64,000 nucleotides of DNA, taken from the NCBI GenBank assembly GCA_027339965.1, contig DAHWNL010000021.1, positions 1 through 64,000 on the forward strand. The letters are read 5' to 3'. This stretch comes from Granulicella sp. GTDB lineage: Bacteria > Acidobacteriota > Terriglobia > Terriglobales > Acidobacteriaceae. Below the pieces are notes generated by a model. It did not search any database. It was not told the DNA's origin and was given only the letters and a program-made list of their open reading frames with translations. Made by a program: the position numbers and the translations under genes. Positions 1 to 10,239 of the stretch are shown in pieces (the first letter of the stretch is position 1; every line of letters begins with the position of its first letter).

Positions 1-152
1 CTGGACGAACCGATTCGAATTGCTCCCCGCTGATGTCGCTTGCGTAAGCTTTTCTCCGTTCCATCCTTCTTGATTACCGCCCCGGAGAAGCCAACGCATA
101 TGGCTTCTCAGATTCCTGTGCCACATCGAAACCATAGATCGTAAACAGGCTC

Positions 153-2096
153 TTAGTACTGCGGTACGGTGGCGCCCTTTCCGGTGCCTTCCACCACGGT
201 GTAGATGCCATCGACGCCGGGCAAGTGAACCTGCTCCACCTTTCCATCCGGCCAATGAACCTCGACGCGATTGATTCGGGAGGCTGCTCCCAGACCGAAG
301 TGCAATCTTGGATCGGAAGAGGATTCAAAGCTGCCGCCACTGACCACATCGGCCCGCTGGCAGAAGCCGTCGGCGGTGAGGTAGACGGTGGCTCCAATGG
401 CGTCACGCGGGCTTCTGGGTCCGCCCACCAGATGCAAATCAACCCAGTGATTCTGGTTCTTCACCACGTCGCGCAGCAGCGTGGGCGGGCCATCGATGTT
501 ATTGATCACCACGTCAATCTTCCCGTCGTTGAACAGATCGCCAAAGGCGAGGCCACGCGCGGCCTGCGCCTCTGCGAGGCCGGTGCCCTCTACGGCCGGA
601 ACGAGCTCCAGTTTCCCTTTGACGTTGTGGAAGAGTAGCGGGCGTTGCTTCCAGGTGGTTCCCCAGGGGTGTGCGTCGACCTGGGGGTACACGTGGCCGT
701 TGGCCTCAAAGAGATCCAGCCAGCCGTCGTTGTCATAGTCGAAGAATCCGGTCCCCCATCCAAGAAAGGGTATGGTGGGCTGAGCGATGCCGAGCATATC
801 GCTGGCATCGGTGAAATTGTCGCCTCCGTCGTTGCGGTACAGAACTTTGTAGTCGTCGGAGAAGTCAGTGATGAAGAGATCGATGCGGCCGTTGTGCCAC
901 AAATCTCCGGCTGCGATACCCATCGTCGCGGTCTCCCGGCCGCTTCCATTCAATGCGAATCCTGAAATATAGCTGTCATCCTCAAAGCCGCCATGGCCAT
1001 TATTCATGTAAAGGTAGTTGGGAGTGGAGTCATCGGCCACCAACAGATCCATCTTCCCGTCGCCGTTGAGGGGAATGAACAGCGAGGCCAAACCGTAGTA
1101 GTGTGGGGGGTCCGACGTCCCCGTCGCTTTGCTCACTTCGGTAAACGTTCCGTCGCCGTTGTTGCGGAACAGGTGATCCGGTTCTCCCTGCAGTCCGCGT
1201 GGACCACACATCACATCCACACCGCGAAAGCGACACTGCCAGTGATTCACCTCCGCCGACCCCGGGGCCGGCGGATATTTCAGATCGTAGTGCACGTATC
1301 CCGGTACGAAGAGATCCAGCCGCCCGTCGCCGTTGTAGTCTCCCCAGGTGGCCCCGGTGGACCAGTTGCCCAGGGTGACGCCGGCCTGCTCGGCGGTGTC
1401 GGTAAAGGTCCCGTCGTGGTTATTGTGGTAGAGGCGGTTGTGACCAAAGTTCGAGACAAAAATGTCCGGCCAGCCATCGTTGTCGTAATCCGCCACGGCG
1501 ACGCCAAAACCCCAGCGATCGTTGGTGACGCCAGCGTGCTGGCTCACGTCAGTGAAGGTTCCGTCGTGATTGTTGTGGAACAGGGCCGCATGCGGCGGCG
1601 TGCTCTTGCCGGAGAGCGAGTCGTAAGTGGCGCCATTGACCAGGTAGATATCCATCCATCCGTCATGGTCGTAGTCCAGCAGCGCCACGCCGGACCCGAT
1701 GGTCTCTAGAATGTACGGCTTCTGCTTCGTGCCCATCTGCTGCCGCCAGCCGGCCAGCCCGGAGCTCTTGGTCACGTCCCTGAAGATCACCGGTCCGGTT
1801 TTGACGTAGCCTCCCGCGGTAATGGGACGGTGCTCTGCATCATAGACCGGCGCTTGGGGAGCTCCGGTGCTGGATCCTCCCATGGTTGCTGACTGCTGCT
1901 GATCGGACTGCTGATCCTGTGGTCCGCTCCGCCCGGCCGTCCGCAGTCCCCCGGGCAGGGCAAACGCGCTGCTCAAAACCCAAATGGAGAGGCTCCAGCA
2001 CAGCCCCATACGCAAGCCGAGCGCAAAGCGCTTGCTTTTTTTCTCTCGAAGACAACATCTCAACGAGTCACACCCTTGTTTTCTAACTGAGCTCAT
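153..2096 (-). CDS. CRTAC1-family FG-GAP repeat protein with C-terminal ASPIC/UnbV domain, secreted
   Basis: Repeated DYDxDGxxDI/L FG-GAP motifs; C-terminal 'SGGSFESSSDPRLHFGLG...VEVHWPDG' ASPIC/UnbV signature. Start uncertain (2096 or 2009); the track start at 2270 overlaps the upstream gene. Confidence 0.9.
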   Translation of the reverse strand: MSSVRKQGCDSLRCCLREKKSKRFALGLRMGLCWSLSIWVLSSAFALPGGLRTAGRSGPQDQQSDQQQSATMGGSSTGAPQAPVYDAEHRPITAGGYVKTGPVIFRDVTKSSGLAGWRQQMGTKQKPYILETIGSGVALLDYDHDGWMDIYLVNGATYDSLSGKSTPPHAALFHNNHDGTFTDVSQHAGVTNDRWGFGVAVADYDNDGWPDIFVSNFGHNRLYHNNHDGTFTDTAEQAGVTLGNWSTGATWGDYNGDGRLDLFVPGYVHYDLKYPPAPGSAEVNHWQCRFRGVDVMCGPRGLQGEPDHLFRNNGDGTFTEVSKATGTSDPPHYYGLASLFIPLNGDGKMDLLVADDSTPNYLYMNNGHGGFEDDSYISGFALNGSGRETATMGIAAGDLWHNGRIDLFITDFSDDYKVLYRNDGGDNFTDASDMLGIAQPTIPFLGWGTGFFDYDNDGWLDLFEANGHVYPQVDAHPWGTTWKQRPLLFHNVKGKLELVPAVEGTGLAEAQAARGLAFGDLFNDGKIDVVINNIDGPPTLLRDVVKNQNHWVDLHLVGGPRSPRDAIGATVYLTADGFCQRADVVSGGSFESSSDPRLHFGLGAASRINRVEVHWPDGKVEQVHLPGVDGIYTVVEGTGKGATVPQY

Positions 2097-2139
2097 GCGC
2101 GAAGATGGTCTCCGGTCCGGATCGCCCCCGGGAAGAAGT

Positions 2140-3333
2140 TTATCCGATCGGCTTGGCCTGGACATTCTTTCGCGCCTTGATCCGTTGGCAGATGCCCCAG
2201 GCCTGCTTTGCCTGGGTGGGTTGGCCAAGCATCTGGTATGCCTTGCCCAGCAAAAAGAATCCCTGATCAAAATCAGGATCCAGTTTCGTGGACGTTTCCA
2301 ACGGATGCACTGCCTCCCTGGGACGATCCAGGGTCAGGTAACACTGGCCCAACTGGAAGAACGCATCCCGGTAAGACGGATTGACGGCTACAGCCGCCTT
2401 CAGATAAGGAATGGCTTGCGCGGGCCGGTGAGACTCGCGCAGGATCCTGCCCAGCATGTAATTGGAGATGGGGTCGCTTGGATCCTGACTCAAGGCTTGC
2501 TTGAACTCCTCTTCGGCCTGCGGAACCTTGTGCTCTCTGTAGTCGATCAGGCCCAGACTGGAGTGCACGGCCGGGAACTTGGGATTGATGGCCAGGACGG
2601 CCTGAAACTCCTTCATGGCCTTGTCCTCTTCATACATGATGTCGTAGGCCATGCCGAGCATGAAGTGCGCCTCGGCGGAGTTGGGGTCCACGGCCATGAT
2701 CTGATTGAAGACCTGGGTCACGCCGGCATAGTTCTTGGCTCTCCAATAGGCTTGCCCCAAAATATCCAGCGTGGGAAGATCGTCCGGTTGTACCTGGCTG
2801 GCGCGATCCAGGTAGACAGCCGCCTGCGGAAACTGGTTGAGGGCGAAGAGGTCCAGGCCGGTGAGGTCCAGCGACTGAAAGGTGGGAGTCTCTGCTGCAA
2901 AGGACTCCAGCAGCGGCAGCGCCTCCGTGTATCGATGAGCCTGGAAGTAGGCAATGCCCAGATTTCTGCGGGTAATGGGGTCGTTCCGGCGCAGCTTCAA
3001 GGCGCGCTGATAGATCACGATCGCAGCGTCAGTGCGGCCCTGCCGGACGACAGAGATTGCCAGATTGTTGAGTAGCTCCACCGACTGCGGGTCAAGTTTG
3101 AGAGCCTGCCGGAAATCTTGCTCCGCGGCAAGGTTCTCGCCTTGTTGCAACGCTCGCGATCCCTTGGCAACCCATTGCTCGAACTCCTCGCGGAGGGTCG
3201 AAGTCGCGGCTGAACTCTGCTGGGCACGCGCCGAAGTGGACAGCCATGGGACCAGCATGAGCACCCATGGCAGGCAAAACTGGATCGCAAAGGCGATCGC
3301 CCCGGTTCGCTCTGTCGCAAGCAGCCGCTGCAT
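2140..3333 (-). CDS. Tetratricopeptide repeat protein, secreted
   Basis: Many TPR helices (e.g. LLNNLAISV, AHFMLGMAY, VHSSLGLID); signal-peptide-like N-terminus ending ARA-QQ. Start estimated. Confidence 0.88.
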   Translation of the reverse strand: MQRLLATERTGAIAFAIQFCLPWVLMLVPWLSTSARAQQSSAATSTLREEFEQWVAKGSRALQQGENLAAEQDFRQALKLDPQSVELLNNLAISVVRQGRTDAAIVIYQRALKLRRNDPITRRNLGIAYFQAHRYTEALPLLESFAAETPTFQSLDLTGLDLFALNQFPQAAVYLDRASQVQPDDLPTLDILGQAYWRAKNYAGVTQVFNQIMAVDPNSAEAHFMLGMAYDIMYEEDKAMKEFQAVLAINPKFPAVHSSLGLIDYREHKVPQAEEEFKQALSQDPSDPISNYMLGRILRESHRPAQAIPYLKAAVAVNPSYRDAFFQLGQCYLTLDRPREAVHPLETSTKLDPDFDQGFFLLGKAYQMLGQPTQAKQAWGICQRIKARKNVQAKPIG

Positions 3334-4805
3334 GCAAGAAGGCACGGATACCGAATACCACATTCCGGTTCGAGCGGCCAAGCAGGTGGACGGAGTCTTT
3401 GGCTTGCCCCGGCGCAAGCGGATAGGATGTCGAGGATGCTGACTCAGCCCTTTGCTGGATGGCATCCGGCCGGCACCGCAGATGCATAGGATCCGCGTTC
3501 TCCTGGCAGCCAACCCTGGATTCGAAAGATGCAACTTTTCCGTCGCAAGCCTCAACTCATTGCAGGCAGCAGCCACCCAGGGAGCCCGGACAGCGACTCT
3601 GCCGATACCCGCACTGGCAGAGCGGGCGGAAGATTGCTAGGCCGCCGGCATTGACGTCAGCAGTATTGCGGCCGGCAGTTGGACCGCCCAGCCTTGACCA
3701 GAATGGCGTCTGTCCACCGGAGAAGCTGTCCATCCGCTGGGCATACGGCTGTTGCATGCTGACGATGGTGGTCGAACCGCCGCCGCTGCTCATCGGTCGC
3801 CTGGTCTCGGCTGAGGGCGCAAGCACAGACCCGTTCCGTATCGCGGGGAAGAGTGCAGGTCTGGGCGAGCGAACTGTTTCCGCTTGCAACGGAAACGAGG
3901 TCTGTCCGCCCGCTATTCAGGATGAGGTCCCGTTCGCCCGCTCCTGGGAACCGGTTCGCGGATTTGCGTAAGGTCGCGTTCAACATGCCACTGTGGGGCG
4001 CTATCTGCCGAAGGCTCCATGGTCGAGCCGAGGATAGACTGACTATATCCAGCCAGATGCCGGTCGCGTGTGTGAGCGAACTGCCTTACCGAAGTGACGG
4101 CAAATTCCGCCTCCAGCGCTACCTCGAACCATGGTCTGCGGCATCCCGTGATCCACTTAAACCGCTGTGGATCCGGCTGCAAACCCATGACCGCAGGGTC
4201 GCTATGGGCGTCGAATGACAGATTCGCGAACAGGGTCGCTGTGCAGGGTGGAACGGGCGGCTTTCAGACGGATGATCGGCTAAAGCCGGCCTGGCTTCCC
4301 CTCTCGGCCGGCTTGCAGCCATCGCACCAAGGAGTGCGAGAAGCCATGCAGCAGAGCAGCGCTCCACCGTGCCACCTGCGCCATGTGCGTGGTCCTGGAT
4401 AGCGGACAAGCAATGGAAAGACGATATTTTGACATTTTGGGGGCGTATCGATCAGTTCAAAAACAAGACTGCAAACAGGCTCGTTTCATTTCACCCTTTA
4501 AGAGAAAGGGAACCTCCCTGCGTCTGGCTAGCAGAGTGATTGATTTAAAGGGCTTTATAAGAACAATTTTACCATCTTCCAACGGCTTCCAGCGAGATAA
4601 CTGTAACGGAGGAAGGCTTAGAGGGCCATTGCCAACCAATCTCCGGGTCAACTCTCCGTCCGTAGGTTGGTAAATACCCTATGCTCAATCGTTGGTTTTA
4701 GCACCCGCCCTGGGGGCATTGAGGGACGAATGCGGACTCCTTCACTTAAACGAGGATCACGAACAACGAAAAATCTGCCCAAATCGGGGCGAATTGAACT
4801 TTTTC

Positions 4806-4834
4806 TTGACAGGAAGATCAACCCATGACAGCAT
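4806..4834 (+). promoter_or_regulatory. Candidate sigma70 promoter for TonB-dependent receptor 1
   Basis: TTGACA-N17-CAGCAT about 180 bp upstream of ATG 5013. Confidence 0.4.
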
Positions 4835-4856
4835 TTCGTCACTGACTAGTTCAAAC

Positions 4857-4880
4857 TCCACCCATCGATCGATAGGTGGA
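4857..4880. promoter_or_regulatory. 24-bp spacerless palindrome, candidate operator
   Basis: TCCACCCATCGATCGATAGGTGGA, 22/24 self-complementary, just downstream of the candidate promoter. Confidence 0.45.
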
Positions 4881-5012
4881 AAAGGCAATCGAATGTATTG
4901 CCCATCGGATCCAGTTCGTTGATTGCAGACGTTGTGTTTCAGTTTTGCAACCAGGATCGAGGCCGAATAGAGACCTCGAAGGGTAGGAATCCAATTGGAG
5001 AGGTGATTTGGG

Positions 5013-8000
5013 ATGCCAGGCAAAAAGATTCTTTTCTCAGCGTTGATTCTCGTGGCGGCGTGCTTTGCGGCTCCGCTGGTTGGCCAGGAACTCCAGGGAA
5101 CCATTAACGGCTCTATCACGGACAGCACCGGAGCGGCCGTTCCCAACGCCAAAATTACCGTTGCTGAGGAGGAGGGCAACATTGCTCCCCGCACCGTGAC
5201 GTCAAACAGCCACGGCTTCTACACCGTTACCAACCTACCTGCGGGCGATTACACGCTGGTGGTCTCCTCGCCCGGATTCGCGAACTTTCGGGCATCGCAC
5301 ATCGTTCTGTTCGTTTCGCAAACCCGCACGATCGATGCCAAGCTCCCGATAGGCAAGGTCCAGCAGACGGTCAACGTGAAGGAGAACGCTGAGGCGGTGG
5401 ATACCACCACCAGCGCCTTGGAGGGAACAATCTCCGGCACGCAGGTTCGCGAACTGCAATTGAACAACCGTAACTTTGAGCAGTTGGTCACCTTACAGCC
5501 GGGTGTGGTTAGCGCCCTGCCCGACGTGCCGGGCTTTGGCCTGAGCAACACCTCCGCGATCGCGGTGAACGGCGCTCGGGATACGGCCAACAATTGGACC
5601 GTGGATGGTGCAGACGTCAATGATAGCGGCTCCAATGCCACGCTGCTGAATGTACCGAGCATCGATGCCATCCAGGAGTTCACCCTGGAGAGAAGCACCT
5701 ACGACGCTGAGTTCTCTCGCAGTGGCGCCGGCCAGATCCTGTTGGAGACCAAGTCCGGCACCAGCGCCTTCCATGGGGATGCCTACGAGTTCGACCGTAA
5801 CACCATCTTCAACGCCAACAGCTACTTCAACAAGCAGACCACTCCGATCACTCCGCGTTCGATCGAGCACTACAACGACTTTGGGTTCACCATCGGCGGG
5901 CCACTCTACATTCCGCATAAATTCAACGCCAACAAAGACAAGTACTTCTTTTTCTGGTCGGAAGAGTGGCGAAAGGTGAGCGCTCCGGAGACGGCTACAT
6001 TTATTGTGCCCACCGACGCTGAACTGGGTGGCGTGATGGCGGGCAACACCACGGACGACGAAAATGCCGCGCAGGCCTCCAACAACTGCGTCACCTACGA
6101 TAAAAATACCGGGAACAGCACGATCAATCCAGCTTGTTACAGCCAGAACGCAACGGTATACCTGAAGAACATTTACGACAATTTCAAGGCCAACGTACCC
6201 AACAATCCCAATGAGTACACTACAGGGTACACGCAACTCAATAACACTCGCGAGGATCTGGTTCGGTTCGACGCGCAACTCTCCCAGAAGGTACACTTCT
6301 TCGCGCATGCCATTCAGGATGAGACCCCGGAAAACTTTCCCTTGGGGCTCTTTTACGGAGCTGATTTTCCGGGCGTAGCCGGTTCGGCGGTCAATGCTCC
6401 CGGCGAGAATGTGGTCGGCAATCTGACATGGACAATCTCTCCGCGCCTTGTGAATGAGGCCGAGTACGCCTACACGCAGGGAACCATATCTTCGTCCTTC
6501 ACGCCAGGGTCGGTCACGTTGAATCCGGAGGTGACCGGAGGGCTGACCAACAAGACGGAGTATACGGATCCTTATGGCCGCATTCCAGGCATCGGGTTTG
6601 AGGATGGAATCACCGGTTACGGCTACGGAAGCACGCCGTACTTCGAGCGCAATCTGGACAATACGCTATTTGACAACTTCACCATGATCGCCGGGGAGCA
6701 CACGATCCGGTTCGGCGCCACCGTCTCGCAGATGTTGAAGACGGAGAACGCATCCAGCGGTGCTGCGTTTTTTGAGTTCAATACCTGGCAGGACTTCCTG
6801 CTGGGCAACGACTATTACTACACGCAGCAGAGCCGGGATACCATCCCCGACCTGCATTACACCAACTATGAGATGTACATCCAGGACGATTGGCAGGTTA
6901 GCCCCAAGCTGACCTTCAACCTCGGCCTGCGCTATAGCTACTTCCCGTCCCCAGCGGATGTGCTGGACACACTGGTGAACTTCGATCCCAAGTTCTTCAT
7001 TCCAACCAACGCTCCGCAGATCGATCCAACGACGGGTAACTTCGCCACCGAGTCGCCAGCAACCTATGAGAATGGATTGATCTACCCGACGGGAACTGAC
7101 TGCAGCCTGGCGCAGCAGGTGAACTCCGCTCAGGCTACCTGCTCTCCATGGGGGGCACACGTGGATCCGGATCCAAAGGACAACTTCGGCCCCCGCTTCG
7201 GTTTTGCCTACAACCCGTCTGGAGACAACAAGACAGCAATCCATGGCGGATTCGGCATCTTTTACGACCGTATGCTGAACGGCATTTGGGAGCAGAACGG
7301 CTTCCAGGAGTCGCCTGGTCTGCAAGTAGACACCGTCTATCACTCCTCCTTTGACGACCCATCCGGTGCCAACACCCCGCCTGTCTATCCAAACCGGATT
7401 ACAGCCACCGGCACGCCGGTGATGAAGAATCCGAGCTACTGGGACTACAACATCACCCTGCAGCGTCAGATTGCTCCCAGCCTGGTGGCGTCCATCGGAT
7501 ACGTTGGAACCACGGGGCGGCACCTTCTGGGAGAGCGGGAGATCAACCAGCCCACGCTAGCCGCCCGAGAGGCGAACCCGACGGCCTGGGCCACAGCCGT
7601 GATGCCCTATCTGGGCTATGCGGCCTTTGAAGATCGCATCCCAGGGTACAACAGCAACTACAGCTCACTGCAGGTCTCTTTGAATGCCCGGGACTTCCAT
7701 GGATTGACTCTGGGCGTCGCCTATACCTGGAGTAAGACCATGACCAACCTCTCCAACGACCGCGGTCAGGAGTCTTATGACACTTACAATCTGAACCTCG
7801 ATTATGGAGCCTCGGAGCTCAATCAACCGCAGACAGTGAATATTACCTATGTCTATGATCTGCCGTTCATGGCAAGCCAACATGGAGTGCTGGGGCATCT
7901 TGCGGGTGGTTGGGAACTCTCCGGAATCAGCGAGTTTTACTCGGGAATGTCGCAGACCGTCACACAGTATCTGGATAACTTCAATAGCGGCGACTGCTCC

Positions 8001-8438
8001 GTCGCCGCCACCTACTTCACGCCGAATGAGCCCAACAATCCACCCTGTCCGACCACAGGACTCTATCCTGACGGCCTCAATATGGACGCCAGCGATATCG
8101 CTCCGCGCCCGGATCAGATCGCTTCCATCAAGCGGGCCAAGACGCAGTTGAACTGGTTCTCAGCCAGCTCCTTTGCGGACGCCTGGGGTCACTTTGGCAA
8201 CACTTCCAACGGTTCCTTCATCGGGCCCGGCCTTGACCTCTGGGATATTGCGCTGATGAAGAACATTCAGGTGAAGAGCTGGGCGCAGTTCCAGTTTCGC
8301 GCCGAACTCTTCAACGCCTTCAATCACAACAGCTTCAATGGCGTTGGGACGGTCACCGATGCCTACTACAACTTCGGGCAAGCCATCTCCTCGCACGATC
8401 CGCGTGAGATTCAGCTAGGAGGCAAGCTCTACTTCTAG
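5013..8438 (+). CDS. TonB-dependent receptor (Oar-like, N-terminal carboxypeptidase-regulatory-like domain)
   Basis: Signal peptide; 'GSITDSTGAAVPNAKIT'; 'NGRNF'-like plug motif; 'YIQDDW...LTFNLGLRY'; C-terminal 'PREIQLGGKLYF' with terminal Phe; RBS GGAGAGG. Confidence 0.95.
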   Translation: MPGKKILFSALILVAACFAAPLVGQELQGTINGSITDSTGAAVPNAKITVAEEEGNIAPRTVTSNSHGFYTVTNLPAGDYTLVVSSPGFANFRASHIVLFVSQTRTIDAKLPIGKVQQTVNVKENAEAVDTTTSALEGTISGTQVRELQLNNRNFEQLVTLQPGVVSALPDVPGFGLSNTSAIAVNGARDTANNWTVDGADVNDSGSNATLLNVPSIDAIQEFTLERSTYDAEFSRSGAGQILLETKSGTSAFHGDAYEFDRNTIFNANSYFNKQTTPITPRSIEHYNDFGFTIGGPLYIPHKFNANKDKYFFFWSEEWRKVSAPETATFIVPTDAELGGVMAGNTTDDENAAQASNNCVTYDKNTGNSTINPACYSQNATVYLKNIYDNFKANVPNNPNEYTTGYTQLNNTREDLVRFDAQLSQKVHFFAHAIQDETPENFPLGLFYGADFPGVAGSAVNAPGENVVGNLTWTISPRLVNEAEYAYTQGTISSSFTPGSVTLNPEVTGGLTNKTEYTDPYGRIPGIGFEDGITGYGYGSTPYFERNLDNTLFDNFTMIAGEHTIRFGATVSQMLKTENASSGAAFFEFNTWQDFLLGNDYYYTQQSRDTIPDLHYTNYEMYIQDDWQVSPKLTFNLGLRYSYFPSPADVLDTLVNFDPKFFIPTNAPQIDPTTGNFATESPATYENGLIYPTGTDCSLAQQVNSAQATCSPWGAHVDPDPKDNFGPRFGFAYNPSGDNKTAIHGGFGIFYDRMLNGIWEQNGFQESPGLQVDTVYHSSFDDPSGANTPPVYPNRITATGTPVMKNPSYWDYNITLQRQIAPSLVASIGYVGTTGRHLLGEREINQPTLAAREANPTAWATAVMPYLGYAAFEDRIPGYNSNYSSLQVSLNARDFHGLTLGVAYTWSKTMTNLSNDRGQESYDTYNLNLDYGASELNQPQTVNITYVYDLPFMASQHGVLGHLAGGWELSGISEFYSGMSQTVTQYLDNFNSGDCSVAATYFTPNEPNNPPCPTTGLYPDGLNMDASDIAPRPDQIASIKRAKTQLNWFSASSFADAWGHFGNTSNGSFIGPGLDLWDIALMKNIQVKSWAQFQFRAELFNAFNHNSFNGVGTVTDAYYNFGQAISSHDPREIQLGGKLYF

Positions 8439-8491
8439 CATTCCAAGATCCTGTGGAGAAGATGCAACAATCTTGACCAGCAAGTCTCCTT

Positions 8492-8529
8492 CCCCAACGG
8501 GCGAAAGATCGCCCGTTGGGGTTTCTTTT
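8492..8529 (+). terminator. Rho-independent terminator
   Basis: CCCCAACGGGCGA-AAGA-TCGCCCGTTGGGG hairpin followed by TTTCTTTT. Confidence 0.85.
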
Positions 8530-8615
8530 CTGAAGGGACCTGGGCTGGGGCGTGTCTTGGCGTCCCATTTCATCCCAGCGGGCGGACCTGCTGCCAGGGT
8601 GGAGCGGGACGAAGA

Positions 8616-8790
8616 TGACCTGCCCCCTTCTTCTCATCCATTCGTAACTGGAGTTTCCCGGTTTTGGTTTTGCTCTGAGAGTTTATTCTCATCGCGCCGT
8701 TGTCGAGGCCGTGCGGATGTGGGAAGCGCACTTTGCTTTCCACATCCGCACGGCCTGCTCTGTGCCGCAACTCGGCTGCCGGGCGAGTTC
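8616..8790 (-). mobile_element. IS3-family (IS407-group-like) right-end remnant
   Basis: Terminal TGACCTGCCCCCTTCTTCTCATCCA resembles IS407-group inverted repeats; internal palindrome GGCCGTGCGGATGTGG...CCACATCCGCACGGCC at about 8707-8754; no transposase core or partner end. Inner boundary approximate. Confidence 0.6.
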
Positions 8791-8869
8791 GAGGTACAGC
8801 CGGCAAAGCAAAACATAGAGGCCGCTCCGCGGCGGCAACTCGTGTGATCGATGACCGCATAGGAGATCT

Positions 8870-10216
8870 GGCTCTGCGCAAGAATCTGGAAGAGGCCTTG
8901 TCTAGCGGGGATGCTGAGATTCTTTGAGTCCGGCTACACTCGTTCCCATGAGGGAGAACGACTGGACGAGGGTGCTAGGCTGGCCTGGGTATAAGGTGGG
9001 CCGGGCTGAGATCGATGAACCAGCAAAACGACTGAAGCTGTGGGTGCGTCGTAAGCGGGGAAACAAGCGACTGATCTGCTCAGGATGTGGTGAGTTGGTG
9101 AGTGCTATTGCCGAGATCTATGAGCGGGAAGTGCGCGATCTTCCCTGGTCCGAGTGTCGGACTACGGTGGTAGTTGAACTGTACCGTCTGCGCTGCCCGC
9201 GCTGCGGTGTGAAGGCGGAAAGGGTTCCGCTGTTGCCGAGTAAAGCTCCTTTCAGCAAGCGTTTCGAAGATGCGGTGGGGCTGGCATGCGAGAGTGCCGC
9301 GGCGCGGCGCGTGGCGCTTCAATTCGGGCTTTCGACGAACACGGTACGGGCCATTGATCTGCGCTATCTTCAGCGTTGGTCGGAAAGCCGCAGGAAGCCC
9401 GCATTGCGCAACATGGGCGTGGACGAGATTCACTTGGGCAAGAAGCAGAAGTTCATCACCGTGGTGAGCAATCTGGATGCCGGCGAGTCGTTGTGGTTCG
9501 GACAAGGCCGGAAGAAAGACACCCTCGATGATTTCTTTGAGAAGCGGTTGAGTCCATTCCAGCGCAACGCAGTCCAGGCCGCCTGTGTAGATATGTGGGA
9601 CCCTTTCCGTCAAAGTATCGAGCAGTGGCTGCCGAAATGTCGAATCATCTATGACAAGTTCCACATCATGCAGCACGCCAACGCGGCTGTGGACGAGGTG
9701 CGGAGGGCTGAGTTCTTTCGCAAGGGCGGCGCAGCACGTACGGTGGTGAGGGGCAAACGCTGGCTGTTGCTGTCGCGCTGGGTGAATCTGAGCACGCAAA
9801 AGAAGCGCCAACTTAACGCGCTGTTTGCGCTGAACCGTCGAGTGATGAAGGCCTACCTGCTCAAAGAGAGCCTGGACCGGCTGTGGAACTACACCTACGA
9901 AGGGTCGATGTTGCGCTACCTGAAGAGCTGGATCGATCAACTACGTTGGCAGCGGCTCAAGCCGATGGAGAAGCTGGCCGACATGCTGCTGAATCATTTG
10001 GAGGGAATCCTGAACTACTGCCGGACCAAGGTGCGGATGGGAGTTGTGGAAGCGGTCAACGGCAACATCAAAGCGCTGCTCCGCCACGGACGAGGCTATC
10101 GCAACCTCAATTACCTGCTCCTTAAAGCGCAACGGCTAGCCGCCACCAGGACCGAATTCGTGGCTTTTCAGAAAGCCGCGTAAAACGTACATTTTTCCAC
10201 TTTCTTGCTAAGAACC
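8870..10216 (+). mobile_element. Complete ISL3-family insertion sequence (1347 bp) with 8-bp target-site duplication GGAGATCT
   Basis: IRL GGCTCTGCGCAAGAATCTGGAA vs IRR (rc) GGTTCTTAGCAAGAAAGTGGAA; GGAGATCT at 8862-8869 and 10217-10224. Confidence 0.95.
8948..10183 (+). CDS. ISL3-family transposase
   Basis: Zinc-finger CSGC/CPRC; 'VRDLP'; DDE motifs GVDE, CVDMW, YDKFH, VEAVN. Start ATG 8948 (or TTG 8924). Confidence 0.95.
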   Translation: MRENDWTRVLGWPGYKVGRAEIDEPAKRLKLWVRRKRGNKRLICSGCGELVSAIAEIYEREVRDLPWSECRTTVVVELYRLRCPRCGVKAERVPLLPSKAPFSKRFEDAVGLACESAAARRVALQFGLSTNTVRAIDLRYLQRWSESRRKPALRNMGVDEIHLGKKQKFITVVSNLDAGESLWFGQGRKKDTLDDFFEKRLSPFQRNAVQAACVDMWDPFRQSIEQWLPKCRIIYDKFHIMQHANAAVDEVRRAEFFRKGGAARTVVRGKRWLLLSRWVNLSTQKKRQLNALFALNRRVMKAYLLKESLDRLWNYTYEGSMLRYLKSWIDQLRWQRLKPMEKLADMLLNHLEGILNYCRTKVRMGVVEAVNGNIKALLRHGRGYRNLNYLLLKAQRLAATRTEFVAFQKAA

Positions 10217-10239
10217 GGAGATCTTTCGATACGTCGCGG

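Noticed and set aside
1984..3075. Long antisense ORFs (this one and e.g. 18705-20066, 24679-25860, 30154-31233, 35832-36932, 56671-57690)
   Set aside because: They overlap well-supported genes on the opposite strand and lack motifs; typical shadow ORFs of GC-rich DNA.
4536..4560. AT-rich GTGATTGATTTAAAGGGCTTTAT as a possible recombinase att site
   Set aside because: Single copy, with no integrase or partner site in the window.
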